Source: Clostridia bacterium
GTDB lineage: Bacteria > Bacillota > Clostridia > RGIG7378
Direction: 5' to 3'
Assembly (NCBI GenBank): GCA_017559445.1
Contig: JAFYSJ010000003.1
Span: 1,913 to 65,912, forward strand
Length of the DNA: 64,000 nucleotides
Position 1 is the first letter of the stretch. Each line of letters starts with the position of its first letter. Position numbers and translations under genes: made by a program. The notes below the pieces were generated by a model. The model worked only from the letters and a program-made list of their open reading frames with translations, did not search any database and was not told where the DNA came from. Positions 17,755 through 27,559 of the stretch are shown here, one piece after another.

Positions 17755-19581
17755 TTGGGTACTAGACAGGATATTAGAAATATTGCGATTATCGCCCACG
17801 TAGACCATGGTAAGACTACTTTGGTTGACAAGATGCTTAAGCAGAGCGGTATTTTCCGTTCCAATGAGGTTGTAGAAGACAGAGTTATGGACTCCAACGA
17901 CTTAGAAAAAGAGCGTGGAATCACAATTTTGGCAAAGAATACATCTGTTAATTACGGTGAGCATAGGATTAACATTATCGACACTCCAGGCCACGCAGAC
18001 TTTGGTGGCGAGGTAGAGCGTGCACTTAACATGGCAGATGGCGTACTCTTGTTGGTAGATGCCTTTGAGGGAACAATGCCACAGACAAGATTCGTTTTGC
18101 GCAAGGCATTGGCAATGGGTCTTAAGATTGTAGTTGTAATTAACAAGATTGATAGACCAGAGGCAGATCCAGTTAAGGTAGTAGACGAGGTTCTTGACTT
18201 GTTCATCGAGCTTGGAGCAGATGAGGACCAGCTTGAGTTCCCAGTTGTATATGCATCTGCAAGAGATGGATATGCATTGGCAGATCTTGGTGATGAGCCC
18301 AAGGATATGCGTCCAATTTTTGAGGCAGTCCTTAAGCACATTCCTGCTCCAGAGGGAGATTTTGACAAGACACCTAAGATGCTTGTTTCCAACATTGAAT
18401 ACGACGAGTACGTTGGTAAGATTGGTATTGGTAAGGTAACAAATGGTACTTTCACAACAGGTCAGTCCATTCAGATTATTGACAGAGATAACAAGCTTCG
18501 TAACGGCAGACTTTCCAAGATGTTCTTCTTTAGCGGTCTTGGTAAGACAGAGGTTAACACAGCTTCTGTAGGTGATATTGTTGCAGTTGCTGGTATTGAC
18601 AACATCTCTATTGGAGAGACTATTTGTGTATCTGGAGACAACGAGGCTCTCCCATTTGCAGATATTGAGCAGCCCACAATCTCCATGACTTTCTGTGTAA
18701 ATGACAGTCCATTTGCAGGTCGTGAGGGTACATATGTAACATCTCGTCATATTAGAGATAGACTTATGTTCGAGCTTCAGTCCAACGTTTCTCTTATGGT
18801 TGAGGAGACAGATTCTCCTAATGCATTTATCGTAAAGGGTAGAGGTGAGCTTCACCTTTCTGTACTTATTGAGACAATGAGACGTCAGGGTTACGAATTG
18901 GCAGTTACTAGACCTAGAGTTCTTTATAAGAACGACGAAGAGGGCAACCTTTTGGAGCCTATCGAGCTTTTGGTAATCGACGTACCAGAGGAGTATGTAG
19001 GTACAGTTATTGAGGCCCTTGGACGTCGTAAGGCTGAGATGACTCAGATGCATACACCAGATAGAGGATACACTAGATTGGAGTTCAGAATTCCATCTAG
19101 AGGCCTTATTGGATATAACGCAGAGTTCCTTACATCCACACGTGGTCATGGTATTATGAACCATTTATTTGAGGGATATGAGCCATACAAGGGAGATCTT
19201 AACGCAAGAAGCCATGGTTCCATGGTTGCTTGGGAAAATGGCGATACAACAGATTACGGTTTGTTCAACGCACAGGACAGAGGTACACTCTTTGTAGGTG
19301 CTGGACAGAAGGTATACAAGGGAATGATCGTAGGTGAGTGCTCTAAGGGCGATGACCTTGATATTAACGTATGTAAGAAGAAGCACCTTACTAACATGCG
19401 TGCATCTGGTTCTGATGAAGCACTTAGATTGGAGCCACCAAGAATCATGTCTTTGGAGAAGTGCATCGAGTTCATTTCCGATGACGAGCTAGTTGAGATC
19501 ACACCTAAGAGCATTCGTTTGCGTAAGCAGGTGCTTGATACAGAACAACGTGCTAAAATGAGAGCGAAGGCCAAAGTTTAA
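17755..19581 (+). CDS. typA: Translational GTPase TypA/BipA
   Basis: [45 protein letters not shown]; TTG start. Confidence 0.97.
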   Translation: MGTRQDIRNIAIIAHVDHGKTTLVDKMLKQSGIFRSNEVVEDRVMDSNDLEKERGITILAKNTSVNYGEHRINIIDTPGHADFGGEVERALNMADGVLLLVDAFEGTMPQTRFVLRKALAMGLKIVVVINKIDRPEADPVKVVDEVLDLFIELGADEDQLEFPVVYASARDGYALADLGDEPKDMRPIFEAVLKHIPAPEGDFDKTPKMLVSNIEYDEYVGKIGIGKVTNGTFTTGQSIQIIDRDNKLRNGRLSKMFFFSGLGKTEVNTASVGDIVAVAGIDNISIGETICVSGDNEALPFADIEQPTISMTFCVNDSPFAGREGTYVTSRHIRDRLMFELQSNVSLMVEETDSPNAFIVKGRGELHLSVLIETMRRQGYELAVTRPRVLYKNDEEGNLLEPIELLVIDVPEEYVGTVIEALGRRKAEMTQMHTPDRGYTRLEFRIPSRGLIGYNAEFLTSTRGHGIMNHLFEGYEPYKGDLNARSHGSMVAWENGDTTDYGLFNAQDRGTLFVGAGQKVYKGMIVGECSKGDDLDINVCKKKHLTNMRASGSDEALRLEPPRIMSLEKCIEFISDDELVEITPKSIRLRKQVLDTEQRAKMRAKAKV

Positions 19582-19594
19582 TTAAGAACACCGT

Positions 19595-19722
19595 GGCTCA
19601 CTAGCGAGTGAAACGAGCAGATACTAGCAACGCAGTTGCGGCCTACTAGCGCAGCGGTTCACTAGCCGAAGGCGGCTCACTAGCGCAGCGGTTCACTAGC
19701 GTAGCGGCTTAATCGCGTAGCG
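19595..19722 (+). repeat. Modular linker/GNA-hairpin array 2
   Basis: 7 linkers alternating with 7 GNA-loop hairpins; same vocabulary as array 1 in a different order. Confidence 0.92.
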
Positions 19723-19747
19723 AAAAACTACACCAAAGGTGAAAGTA

Positions 19748-20881
19748 ATGTTTAAGAAAAAGACACCAGAACAAATTAATAGAGAGAAATGGCGCAAGTT
19801 TTCATCTCGAATCATCAGGTACGTAGCCCTGTTGGTTTTGTTCCTTGGCGTCTTTGCAGCATGCTTTGATTTTTCATACAAATATGCCATGAAGACCGAG
19901 GAGAACAGACTTGTTCTAGAGCAGGCAGAGGGCATGGAGGTAATAGATGGTGAGGAGATTATGATCCCCTACGATTCCACAACCACATCCATTGCAAATT
20001 TGCTCAAAGAGGCTGGATACATCGACAACGTGGCCATGTTTAGATTGCTTTCCAAGATTAATGGATACGACGGCCAGTATCAGGCTGGATATCACATTAT
20101 CTCCAAGCGTATGAACTATAACGAGTTAATGTTCACCCTTACACAGGACGCAATTACAGTAACAGTAATGATTCCTGAGGGTTATTCCATTGACCAGATT
20201 GCAGATCTCCTTGAAAAAAACAAGGTTTGTCCTAAGGAAGAGTTCCTTAGAGCAGTAGAGGAAGAGGTTTGGACATACAAGTTCTTGCAGGATATTCCAG
20301 AGGGCAAGGATAGACTACTTGAGGGTTTCCTTTATCCCGACACTTACTTCTTTACTGTAGGATCCAACGGAAGAACTGTTCTTAACAAGTTCCTTTCCAA
20401 CTTTGAGAACAAGTTTAAGAACAAGTACTATACTCAGATGGAAAAGCTTGGCTTGGATATTAACGAAGTTTTGACCTTGGCATCCATTGTAGAGAAAGAG
20501 TCTTCTAGTTCCAGCGAGAGACGTATTATCGCAGGCGTTTTGTACAAGAGAATGAACGAGACATCAGGTAGCTTAACTAAGCTTCAGTCCTGTGCCACAA
20601 TTCAGTACATTGCCTATAGAGATACAGGAAAGCTTAAGGACGTTATTTACAATAGCGATACATTGATTGACGATCCATACAACACATATCTTAACGCAGG
20701 ATTGCCACCGGGACCTATCTGTAATCCTTCCATCGACGCCATTTTGGCTGTATTGGATATGGATAAGGACACACCTTACTGGTATTTCTGTGCCACAGGC
20801 AAGGGCTCATCTGTTTTTGCAAAAACATATAATGAGCACATGGCAAACGTTAAAAAGTACAACTATATTGTATCTGATTAG
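19748..20881 (+). CDS. mltG: Endolytic transglycosylase MltG (YceG)
   Basis: N-terminal TM, LEGFLYPDTY, LASIVEKE, PYNTYLNAGLPPGPICNP. Confidence 0.95.
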   Translation: MFKKKTPEQINREKWRKFSSRIIRYVALLVLFLGVFAACFDFSYKYAMKTEENRLVLEQAEGMEVIDGEEIMIPYDSTTTSIANLLKEAGYIDNVAMFRLLSKINGYDGQYQAGYHIISKRMNYNELMFTLTQDAITVTVMIPEGYSIDQIADLLEKNKVCPKEEFLRAVEEEVWTYKFLQDIPEGKDRLLEGFLYPDTYFFTVGSNGRTVLNKFLSNFENKFKNKYYTQMEKLGLDINEVLTLASIVEKESSSSSERRIIAGVLYKRMNETSGSLTKLQSCATIQYIAYRDTGKLKDVIYNSDTLIDDPYNTYLNAGLPPGPICNPSIDAILAVLDMDKDTPYWYFCATGKGSSVFAKTYNEHMANVKKYNYIVSD

Positions 20882-20892
20882 AGAGGTTTTTA

Positions 20893-22164
20893 ATGAAGCA
20901 AAAGAATATAGAGCTATTGTCACCGGCAGGAGATGTGGAAGCACTTAAGGCTGCCATAGACTACGGTGCAGATGCAGTATATATGGGTGGCTTGGGCTAC
21001 GGCCTTAGATCTCCAGCTGAATCTAGAGTAGATTTGGACCAGCTTAGAGAGTGCGTGGAGTACGTTCACAGCCATGGCAAAAAGATCTATTTTACATTTA
21101 ACATTTATTCCAGAGACGATGATGTTGAGGGTATGACTCAGGCTATTCGCAATGCTGTGGATATTGGAGCAGATGCCCTTATTGTAGCAGACCTTGGTAA
21201 CCTTGCTCTGATTAGACAGGTAGCACCGGAGATGCCAATTCACGTAAGTACACAGGCTAACATTACAAACAGCTTGTCTGCTCTTACATATGTTGGCTTG
21301 GGTGCAGAGAGAGTTGTTTTGGCCCGTGAGTGCACCATGGAGCAGGCATCCAAAATCTGTGATTCCCTTATTGAGTACGGCAAGACACATGACTTCACTC
21401 CAGAGGTTGAGACCTTTGTGCATGGAGCAATGTGCGTCTCATATTCCGGCAGATGTCTTCTTAGCAATAGATTGACACAAAGAGACGGAAATAGAGGCGA
21501 GTGCGCACAGCCTTGCAGATGGAAGTACCATTTGTATGAGGAGTCTAGACCTGGTCAGTACTTCCCTGTGGAGACAGATGACAGAGGTACATACATCATG
21601 AACTCCAATGACTTGTGTATGATAGACCACATTCCAGAGCTCATTGAGGCAGGCATTACATCTCTTAAGATTGAGGGACGTATGAAGACAGCCTACTACG
21701 TAGCAGGTGTTACTGCAGCATACAGAGCAGCGATTGACGCATATTTGAGAGATCCTCAGGAGTACTACGATAGGTTGCCAGAGTTTGTTGAAGAGGTATC
21801 CAAGACAAGCCACCGCAGATACTACACTGGTTTCTATTTGGACGGTAGAGTTGGCTATGAGGGACAGAATCAGGATAGTAGCCAGTACATTAGAGGTTAC
21901 ACATTCATCGCATCTGTAATGGAGCAGGGTGATACACCTGGTAAGCTCCTTATTATGCAGAGAAATCGCTTTAAGGTAGGCGAGGAGCTTGAGGTTTTGG
22001 CACCATATTTCAAGCCCTTTACATTTACAGTCACAGAAATCACAGATGCTAAGACTGGGGAGCCCATGGAAGTTGCACCCCATGCTATGCAGAAATTGTA
22101 TATTAATTGTCCTATTACTTTGCCAGAGGGAGCAATCCTCAGACGAAAAGAGGACCAGGAATAA
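20893..22164 (+). CDS. U32 family peptidase (tRNA hydroxylation, TrhP-like)
   Basis: ELLSPAG, HGAMCVSYSGRC, CAQPCRW, SLKIEGRMK. Confidence 0.92.
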   Translation: MKQKNIELLSPAGDVEALKAAIDYGADAVYMGGLGYGLRSPAESRVDLDQLRECVEYVHSHGKKIYFTFNIYSRDDDVEGMTQAIRNAVDIGADALIVADLGNLALIRQVAPEMPIHVSTQANITNSLSALTYVGLGAERVVLARECTMEQASKICDSLIEYGKTHDFTPEVETFVHGAMCVSYSGRCLLSNRLTQRDGNRGECAQPCRWKYHLYEESRPGQYFPVETDDRGTYIMNSNDLCMIDHIPELIEAGITSLKIEGRMKTAYYVAGVTAAYRAAIDAYLRDPQEYYDRLPEFVEEVSKTSHRRYYTGFYLDGRVGYEGQNQDSSQYIRGYTFIASVMEQGDTPGKLLIMQRNRFKVGEELEVLAPYFKPFTFTVTEITDAKTGEPMEVAPHAMQKLYINCPITLPEGAILRRKEDQE

Positions 22165-22166
22165 TT

Positions 22167-22871
22167 TTATAAGTGTTCATCAAGGTTGCGTCGGAGCTTT
22201 TCTAACGCAGCCTTTTCTATTCTAGAAACATAGCTTCTAGATATTTTGAGTTTATCGGCCACGTCGGATTGGGTCTCACATTTTCCTGTGGTGAAGCCGT
22301 ATCTTAGTAAGATGATCTCTTTTTCACGAGGGTCCAAAATGTGGATTGCCACATTCATCAAATACTCCAGTTGTACTTTGTTCTCCAAATCAACTTGGGG
22401 CGAAATCTCTGTGGATTCTATTAGCTCCTGATATGTCATTTCTTCACCATCCTTGTCCTGGGTCAGGGTATCGCTCAGGAGGATGTTGTTTTTGTTGTGT
22501 TTTTCGGAGCGAATACTCATTAGAATTTCGTTATTTATACACCTGCTGGCATATGGAGCAATGCGGGATTGCTTTTTTGAATCAAAGGAGTCAATTGCCT
22601 TAATAAGTCCAATGGTTCCTATGGAAATTAGGTCACTGGGATCACTGTCTGGAGCATTGTACTTTTTGACAATATGTGCAACTAGTCTTAGGTTGCGCTC
22701 GATTAACTCCTCACGGGCAGCTCTGTCTCCTAGGTCGTAGTACTTATGTATTAAATTTGATTCCTCCTCAGGGGACAAAACCTTAGGGAATGCTTTCCCC
22801 ATGGATAATTGCCCAGTTACGGGGAAAAGTCTTGCAAGAAGCTTAAGAATATAAAGAAATAACTCTATCAT
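22167..22871 (-). CDS. sigK: Sporulation sigma factor pro-sigmaK, uninterrupted
   Basis: Hydrophobic pro-sequence, FPKVLSPEEE, LIERNLRLVAHIVKKY, DLISIGTIGLIKAI, ISRSYVSRIEK. Confidence 0.9.
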   Translation of the reverse strand: MIELFLYILKLLARLFPVTGQLSMGKAFPKVLSPEEESNLIHKYYDLGDRAAREELIERNLRLVAHIVKKYNAPDSDPSDLISIGTIGLIKAIDSFDSKKQSRIAPYASRCINNEILMSIRSEKHNKNNILLSDTLTQDKDGEEMTYQELIESTEISPQVDLENKVQLEYLMNVAIHILDPREKEIILLRYGFTTGKCETQSDVADKLKISRSYVSRIEKAALEKLRRNLDEHL

Positions 22872-22939
22872 GGTTTGCTCCAAACCTTTTGATAGAGTTT
22901 ATGTTTTGCTTGCTTGTCTGTGGGCCTGTCAGCCTAAGA

Positions 22940-24097
22940 TTATTTGTTTTTCTCCATTTCCAAATAATGATCGTAGGAGAAGTGGTGCCAATAATCATTA
23001 AGAGTAGGATGCTTTGAGTAAAGTCTAATCATGTTGATGAGCAAGATTGTGCAAATTGGGAAGACGAACATGCCCAGAACACTCATTGTGTTAAAGCCAA
23101 CGTATACGGCCAACAATGTGATCAGTGGATTAAGACCGATGTTGTTACTTACAAGTCTTGGCTCAATGAACTGTCTAACTACAAGGCATGTTACATAAAG
23201 AGCGATTAAGGCAATGGCCAATCCGAATCTGCCCATGATCAAAGCATAAAGTGCCCATGGAATAAGGAATGCACCACAACCAAAGATTGGGAGAGCATCT
23301 ACAATTGCAATACCAACACACATAAAAATCATGCTAATCCAGCTCATTTCGAATAAGTTGAAGAGTTTCATAATGGTGAAAGCGATCATAAGTTCACCAA
23401 AGCAAATGCCGATGATCATAAGCTGTGCTCTAACATAACCCCAAAGGGCATGGATAGTAGTAGCTTTGAATCTCTCAGCTGCAGTCTTAATAACCTGAGG
23501 AGTGTTGTTTCTAATGAAGTTTGCCAAAATCTCCTGATCGTAGAGCATGATGAATGTGGAGAGAATCATCATAACTACAAAGATAAGAGCTCCAGGTACG
23601 CCAGAAACAGTAGTTGTTGCAATATTTACAGCAGCGTTAATAACGGAAGATACGATGGAGGACAAGCTGCCAGAGAAGTCAGTAAGAGATGTCTGAACAC
23701 TCTGTGGAAGCGCCTTGGTCAACTCGGTAATTCTAGCTGTAATAGAAGAGATGCTACCAGTAACAGTTGCGATAATGGCATCCTTATCAGCGATGAGATC
23801 AGTAACCTTCTGTCCAACCAAAAATCCAATTCCAACGAAGATGCCAATCAAAATTGCGTAGAAAAGAATTACGCAAATAATGGCAGCCAACTTGCTTGGA
23901 AATTTAGCCTTTTTGTGAAGGAACTTATGTGGCTTTCGCAAAATAAGAAAAATCAAATATCCAATAATAAATGGCAATGCATACTTAAAAATAGTGGCGC
24001 CTAAAATAAGGCCCAATGCGATTAACAGCGCTGTACCAACGGCCTTTAAGATGCTAATTAACAAATATTTGTAGTATCCCTGCTTGGTTGTGTTCAT
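22940..24097 (-). CDS. ytvI: Sporulation integral membrane protein (AI-2E family)
   Basis: YVRAQL, VDALPIFG, RQFIEPRLVSNNIGLNPL. Confidence 0.88.
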   Translation of the reverse strand: MNTTKQGYYKYLLISILKAVGTALLIALGLILGATIFKYALPFIIGYLIFLILRKPHKFLHKKAKFPSKLAAIICVILFYAILIGIFVGIGFLVGQKVTDLIADKDAIIATVTGSISSITARITELTKALPQSVQTSLTDFSGSLSSIVSSVINAAVNIATTTVSGVPGALIFVVMMILSTFIMLYDQEILANFIRNNTPQVIKTAAERFKATTIHALWGYVRAQLMIIGICFGELMIAFTIMKLFNLFEMSWISMIFMCVGIAIVDALPIFGCGAFLIPWALYALIMGRFGLAIALIALYVTCLVVRQFIEPRLVSNNIGLNPLITLLAVYVGFNTMSVLGMFVFPICTILLINMIRLYSKHPTLNDYWHHFSYDHYLEMEKNK

Positions 24098-24178
24098 GTT
24101 TTACCTCGTCATATATCTTCATACAAAATATAACATTTTTTATTACTTATTTATATAACGAAATGCATATTTTTTTGT

Positions 24179-24547
24179 TCAAAAAATGGTGGTGAGAATA
24201 GGTATTCCCATGTAGCCCAGGGTGTCCAAGGCCCGCAATGCCTTGTCTTTATAATTGCTGGCTTCTGCAAGGAGGTTTTCATGGACCAGGTAGTCTAATG
24301 TGGCAATGATGTCGTCCAATTGGTCGACGGTTTCTTGCTTTGTTATCATGTGCAAAATCGGCGATTTGCAATCCCAAAGGGTTTTGAATTCATCAAGTGA
24401 CTCAGGAGTTTCCAAGGAGGCGGAGGAAAGTTCCTTGGATAGGGATTTACATATGTTTAGCCCCACCAAACTGCTTGTTATTCCAAGAGACAAGGTGATG
24501 AATGCCACCAATATTAAGACTATGATGGTTTTGTGATATTTGTTCAT
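24179..24547 (-). CDS. DUF4363-like small protein
   Basis: N-terminal TM; typical partner downstream of a DUF421 gene; overlaps its stop. Confidence 0.6.
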   Translation of the reverse strand: MNKYHKTIIVLILVAFITLSLGITSSLVGLNICKSLSKELSSASLETPESLDEFKTLWDCKSPILHMITKQETVDQLDDIIATLDYLVHENLLAEASNYKDKALRALDTLGYMGIPILTTIF

Positions 24548-25170
24548 TTGGAGTCTCCTTTGCATTGGATAAATAGGCTACCATCTGGTTCTATGGTACA
24601 GATAAAAACTTGGGATGGGTCGGTGATGCCGTGACTGTTAAGACGGCTAATTAGCCACTCTTCTGATTTGTCAAAAATCCTAAGGCTTTCTTTTACGATT
24701 TCGCCGTCGATGATTAGCTCTGTTGGGTAGGACGGAGTTGCGTAGGTGTTCACCTGACCGTTTGACTCCATTATGGCCCATTTGACGTTGGAAATTCCAT
24801 CGATTCCTGCGCATCGTAACTGGCTCATAAGATCCGTTGTTGTGATTAACTCCCTTTGCATGTTTGAAACATCAATTTTGCCATTTTTGATGAGTAGGGA
24901 TGGACGCCCACATAGAAATTCCCTAAACTTGAGACTTTTGAGAGATAGGGCAGATATGGCAAGCTGCAATGTTAGCACAGTTGCTAAGGGCAGAATGCTA
25001 TAAATAAGTGGTATTCCAGGGTCTTCCATTGGCAGCACTGCCAGCTCAGAAACAATCATGGTCACAATGAACTCGTAGGGCTGTAATTCGCCAATTTGAC
25101 GCTTGCCCATGAGCCTAATTATTACCAAAGCAAGACAAAATAGTATTATAGTTTTAAGTATCATTAGCAT
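24544..25170 (-). CDS. DUF421 (YetF-like) membrane protein
   Basis: RLMGKRQIGELQPYEF, GRPSLLIKNGKI, AIMESNGQ. Confidence 0.88.
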   Translation of the reverse strand: MLMILKTIILFCLALVIIRLMGKRQIGELQPYEFIVTMIVSELAVLPMEDPGIPLIYSILPLATVLTLQLAISALSLKSLKFREFLCGRPSLLIKNGKIDVSNMQRELITTTDLMSQLRCAGIDGISNVKWAIMESNGQVNTYATPSYPTELIIDGEIVKESLRIFDKSEEWLISRLNSHGITDPSQVFICTIEPDGSLFIQCKGDSK

Positions 25171-25277
25171 AATTCATCCTCCAGTACTAATATTTTTGAC
25201 CAATTCGCGCCTTATTAATCATAATTGTGAACGAATATAAAATAATTGAGTAATTGGACATATTTGTGTTTAGAAGG

Positions 25278-25297
25278 ACAAATGCATTTGTTATAAT
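25278..25297 (+). promoter_or_regulatory. Extended -10 promoter with overlapping 14-bp palindrome
   Basis: ACAAATGCATTTGT is a perfect palindrome directly followed by TATAAT (TG at -15/-14), 29 nt before the response regulator ATG. Confidence 0.5.
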
Positions 25298-25326
25298 AAA
25301 AGCATCAAGAGATACTTGGAGGGCAT

Positions 25327-26031
25327 ATGAACAACAATCAAATCACAGTTTTAGTTGTAGATGATGATAAAAATATTTGCGAGCTCATTAGACTTTATAT
25401 GGTCAAGGAGGGCTTTAGAGTATTGTTGGCATACGACGGAAACACCGCTTTAGATATTATTAAATCAAGAGAACCAGACATTGTGGTTCTTGACATTATG
25501 TTGCCTGAAATGGATGGATATCAGGTGCTGACTAAGATGCGCCAGTTCACAAACATTCCAGTAATTCTTCTCTCCGCAAAGGGCGAGGTTACAGACAAGG
25601 TTATTGGCCTTGAACTGGGTGCAGATGACTATATGACTAAGCCATTTGAAACTAAGGAATTGGTAGCTAGAGTTAGAGCACGAATTCGTGGAAAAGAGAA
25701 TAGCTACGAAGAGGAATGCAAGCCAGTTAATATTGTTAACTTGCCAAATCTTTGTGTGAATAAAGAAAATTACACAGCTACAATACATGGCAAACAGGTT
25801 GAGATGCCCCCAAGAGAGTTGGAACTTTTGTTCTTCTTGGCATCCAATCCTAATAAAGTTTTCACAAGAGAACAGCTTTTGGAAAAGGTGTGGGGCTTTG
25901 AGTTCTATGGCGATTCCAGAACAGTAGATGTTCACGTTAAGAGAGTTCGCGAAAAGTTAAAGCCAGACAATGACGTATGGTCTCTTAGAACTGTATGGGC
26001 AGTAGGCTATAAATTTGAACTTAAGGTATAA
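25327..26031 (+). CDS. OmpR/PhoB-family response regulator
   Basis: VVDDD, LDIMLP, GADDYMTKPF, SRTVDVHVKRVREK. Confidence 0.96.
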   Translation: MNNNQITVLVVDDDKNICELIRLYMVKEGFRVLLAYDGNTALDIIKSREPDIVVLDIMLPEMDGYQVLTKMRQFTNIPVILLSAKGEVTDKVIGLELGADDYMTKPFETKELVARVRARIRGKENSYEEECKPVNIVNLPNLCVNKENYTATIHGKQVEMPPRELELLFFLASNPNKVFTREQLLEKVWGFEFYGDSRTVDVHVKRVREKLKPDNDVWSLRTVWAVGYKFELKV

Positions 26032-26033
26032 CC

Positions 26034-27554
26034 ATGAAAAAGACTCGTAAGCCACGTCCCCTATGGACCAAACTTGTATTTGCTCTAATGATTCTAGTTG
26101 GAGTTGGCTTTGTTGTGGCTGGAATTACTCTGGTTTTCCAGATGGACTCTTACGTTCGTTCCCGTAAGAATGCTGCAGTTTCTAGCTCCATTGAGCGAGT
26201 GGCAGATGAGCTTGATGCTTATATTAAGGCTTATTATGGCATAGCTGATGATACAGGCAACCATAGAATAGAGCATTTGAGAGCTACTATTAGCCGTGAG
26301 CTAGAGCAGATGCCAGATGCCCAGGTTTGGATTATAGATTCTCAGGGCTATGTTGTTATGGCTTATCCTGATTTTGCCGGAGAATTTGGTGATGAGGGAA
26401 ATACAATTCTGCCAGGTGTTATTAGATTGCCACAGGAAGCCATGGATCTTCTGGAAATTGAACCAAGAACCCAGAAGCAGATAGAGGGAGATTTTTATGG
26501 CCTTTTGAAAAAAGGTTTTCATGAAGAACCGAATGAAAAATGGGATGTTGTTTGCACAAGGGTTGAGGTTAAGACGGCAACCAAAACCGTGTCTTATTTA
26601 GTGGCGTTTATTGTGCCTTTGAGAGTAATGACCTTGGCCAGCATACCAGTTGGACAGATGTTTGGAATAGCTTTCATTGTAATGGCTATTTTCTGCTTTG
26701 TTTTATCTATATTGATTGCTCGTCCTATGACTCGTCAGATTACAGGCATGAGAGTTGCGGCCCAAAAAATTTCCACAGGAAATTATGATGTGGAGCTGCC
26801 AGAAACTTCTTCTGATGAGGTAGGAGAGTTAGTTAAGAGCTTTAACCAAATGGTAGAGAGCCTTCAGAACTTGGAGACCATGAGAAGCCAGTTCGTATCC
26901 AATATTTCTCATGAACTCAGAACGCCTATGACAAGTATTTTGGGCTTCATCGAGGGTATTTTGGATGGGACAATTCCAGAAGATCAGCATGAATACTATA
27001 TTTCTATAGTTAGAGATGAGGTTCGCAGACTTCATAAGCTGACCACCGAGTTAATGGAACTCACTAAGATGGAGTCAGGCAGCTCAGGAATTGCCAAGAC
27101 TAGGACCAACATAAGTGAGCTTTGTAGACATAGCCTTATTAGCCTAGGTCCACTTTTTGACGAAAAGGGATTAGAGGTAGAGGCAGACTTGGGAGATCAG
27201 GAGCTGTACGCCATGTGCGATGCAGACATGATTAGGAGAGTTTTGATTAACATCATCCACAATGCTATTAAGTTCACCCCCTCTGGCGGAGTAGTTTCCA
27301 TTAGAATAACTCCTGTCAAAAACAAGGTTGTAGTAGCAGTGGAGGATTCAGGAAAGGGACTTAGCCAGGAGGATATCCAGCATATTTGGGATAGATTCTA
27401 TAAGGCAGATAAAGCCAGAAGCCAAAATGCTGAGGGCATGGGTTTAGGCATGTCCATTGCATGGAACATTATTAAAGAACACGGAGAAACTATTAGAGCT
27501 TATAATAGCGAAAAGGGTGGAGCAGTGTTTGAATTTACATTAAGCAAGGAGTAA
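26034..27554 (+). CDS. Sensor histidine kinase (HAMP-HisKA-HATPase)
   Basis: Two TMs, SHELRTPMT, N-box NAIKFT, DSGKG, GMGLGM. Confidence 0.96.
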   Translation: MKKTRKPRPLWTKLVFALMILVGVGFVVAGITLVFQMDSYVRSRKNAAVSSSIERVADELDAYIKAYYGIADDTGNHRIEHLRATISRELEQMPDAQVWIIDSQGYVVMAYPDFAGEFGDEGNTILPGVIRLPQEAMDLLEIEPRTQKQIEGDFYGLLKKGFHEEPNEKWDVVCTRVEVKTATKTVSYLVAFIVPLRVMTLASIPVGQMFGIAFIVMAIFCFVLSILIARPMTRQITGMRVAAQKISTGNYDVELPETSSDEVGELVKSFNQMVESLQNLETMRSQFVSNISHELRTPMTSILGFIEGILDGTIPEDQHEYYISIVRDEVRRLHKLTTELMELTKMESGSSGIAKTRTNISELCRHSLISLGPLFDEKGLEVEADLGDQELYAMCDADMIRRVLINIIHNAIKFTPSGGVVSIRITPVKNKVVVAVEDSGKGLSQEDIQHIWDRFYKADKARSQNAEGMGLGMSIAWNIIKEHGETIRAYNSEKGGAVFEFTLSKE

Positions 27555-27559
27555 CTAAT

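Noticed and set aside
12629-19722. The two linker/hairpin arrays as CRISPR arrays
   Set aside because: The constant unit is only 8-9 nt, the spacers are 7-15 nt, palindromic and reused, and no cas genes are present.
22167-22871. skin-like element interrupting sigK
   Set aside because: The reading frame is continuous from the pro-sequence to region 4 and there is no recombinase nearby.
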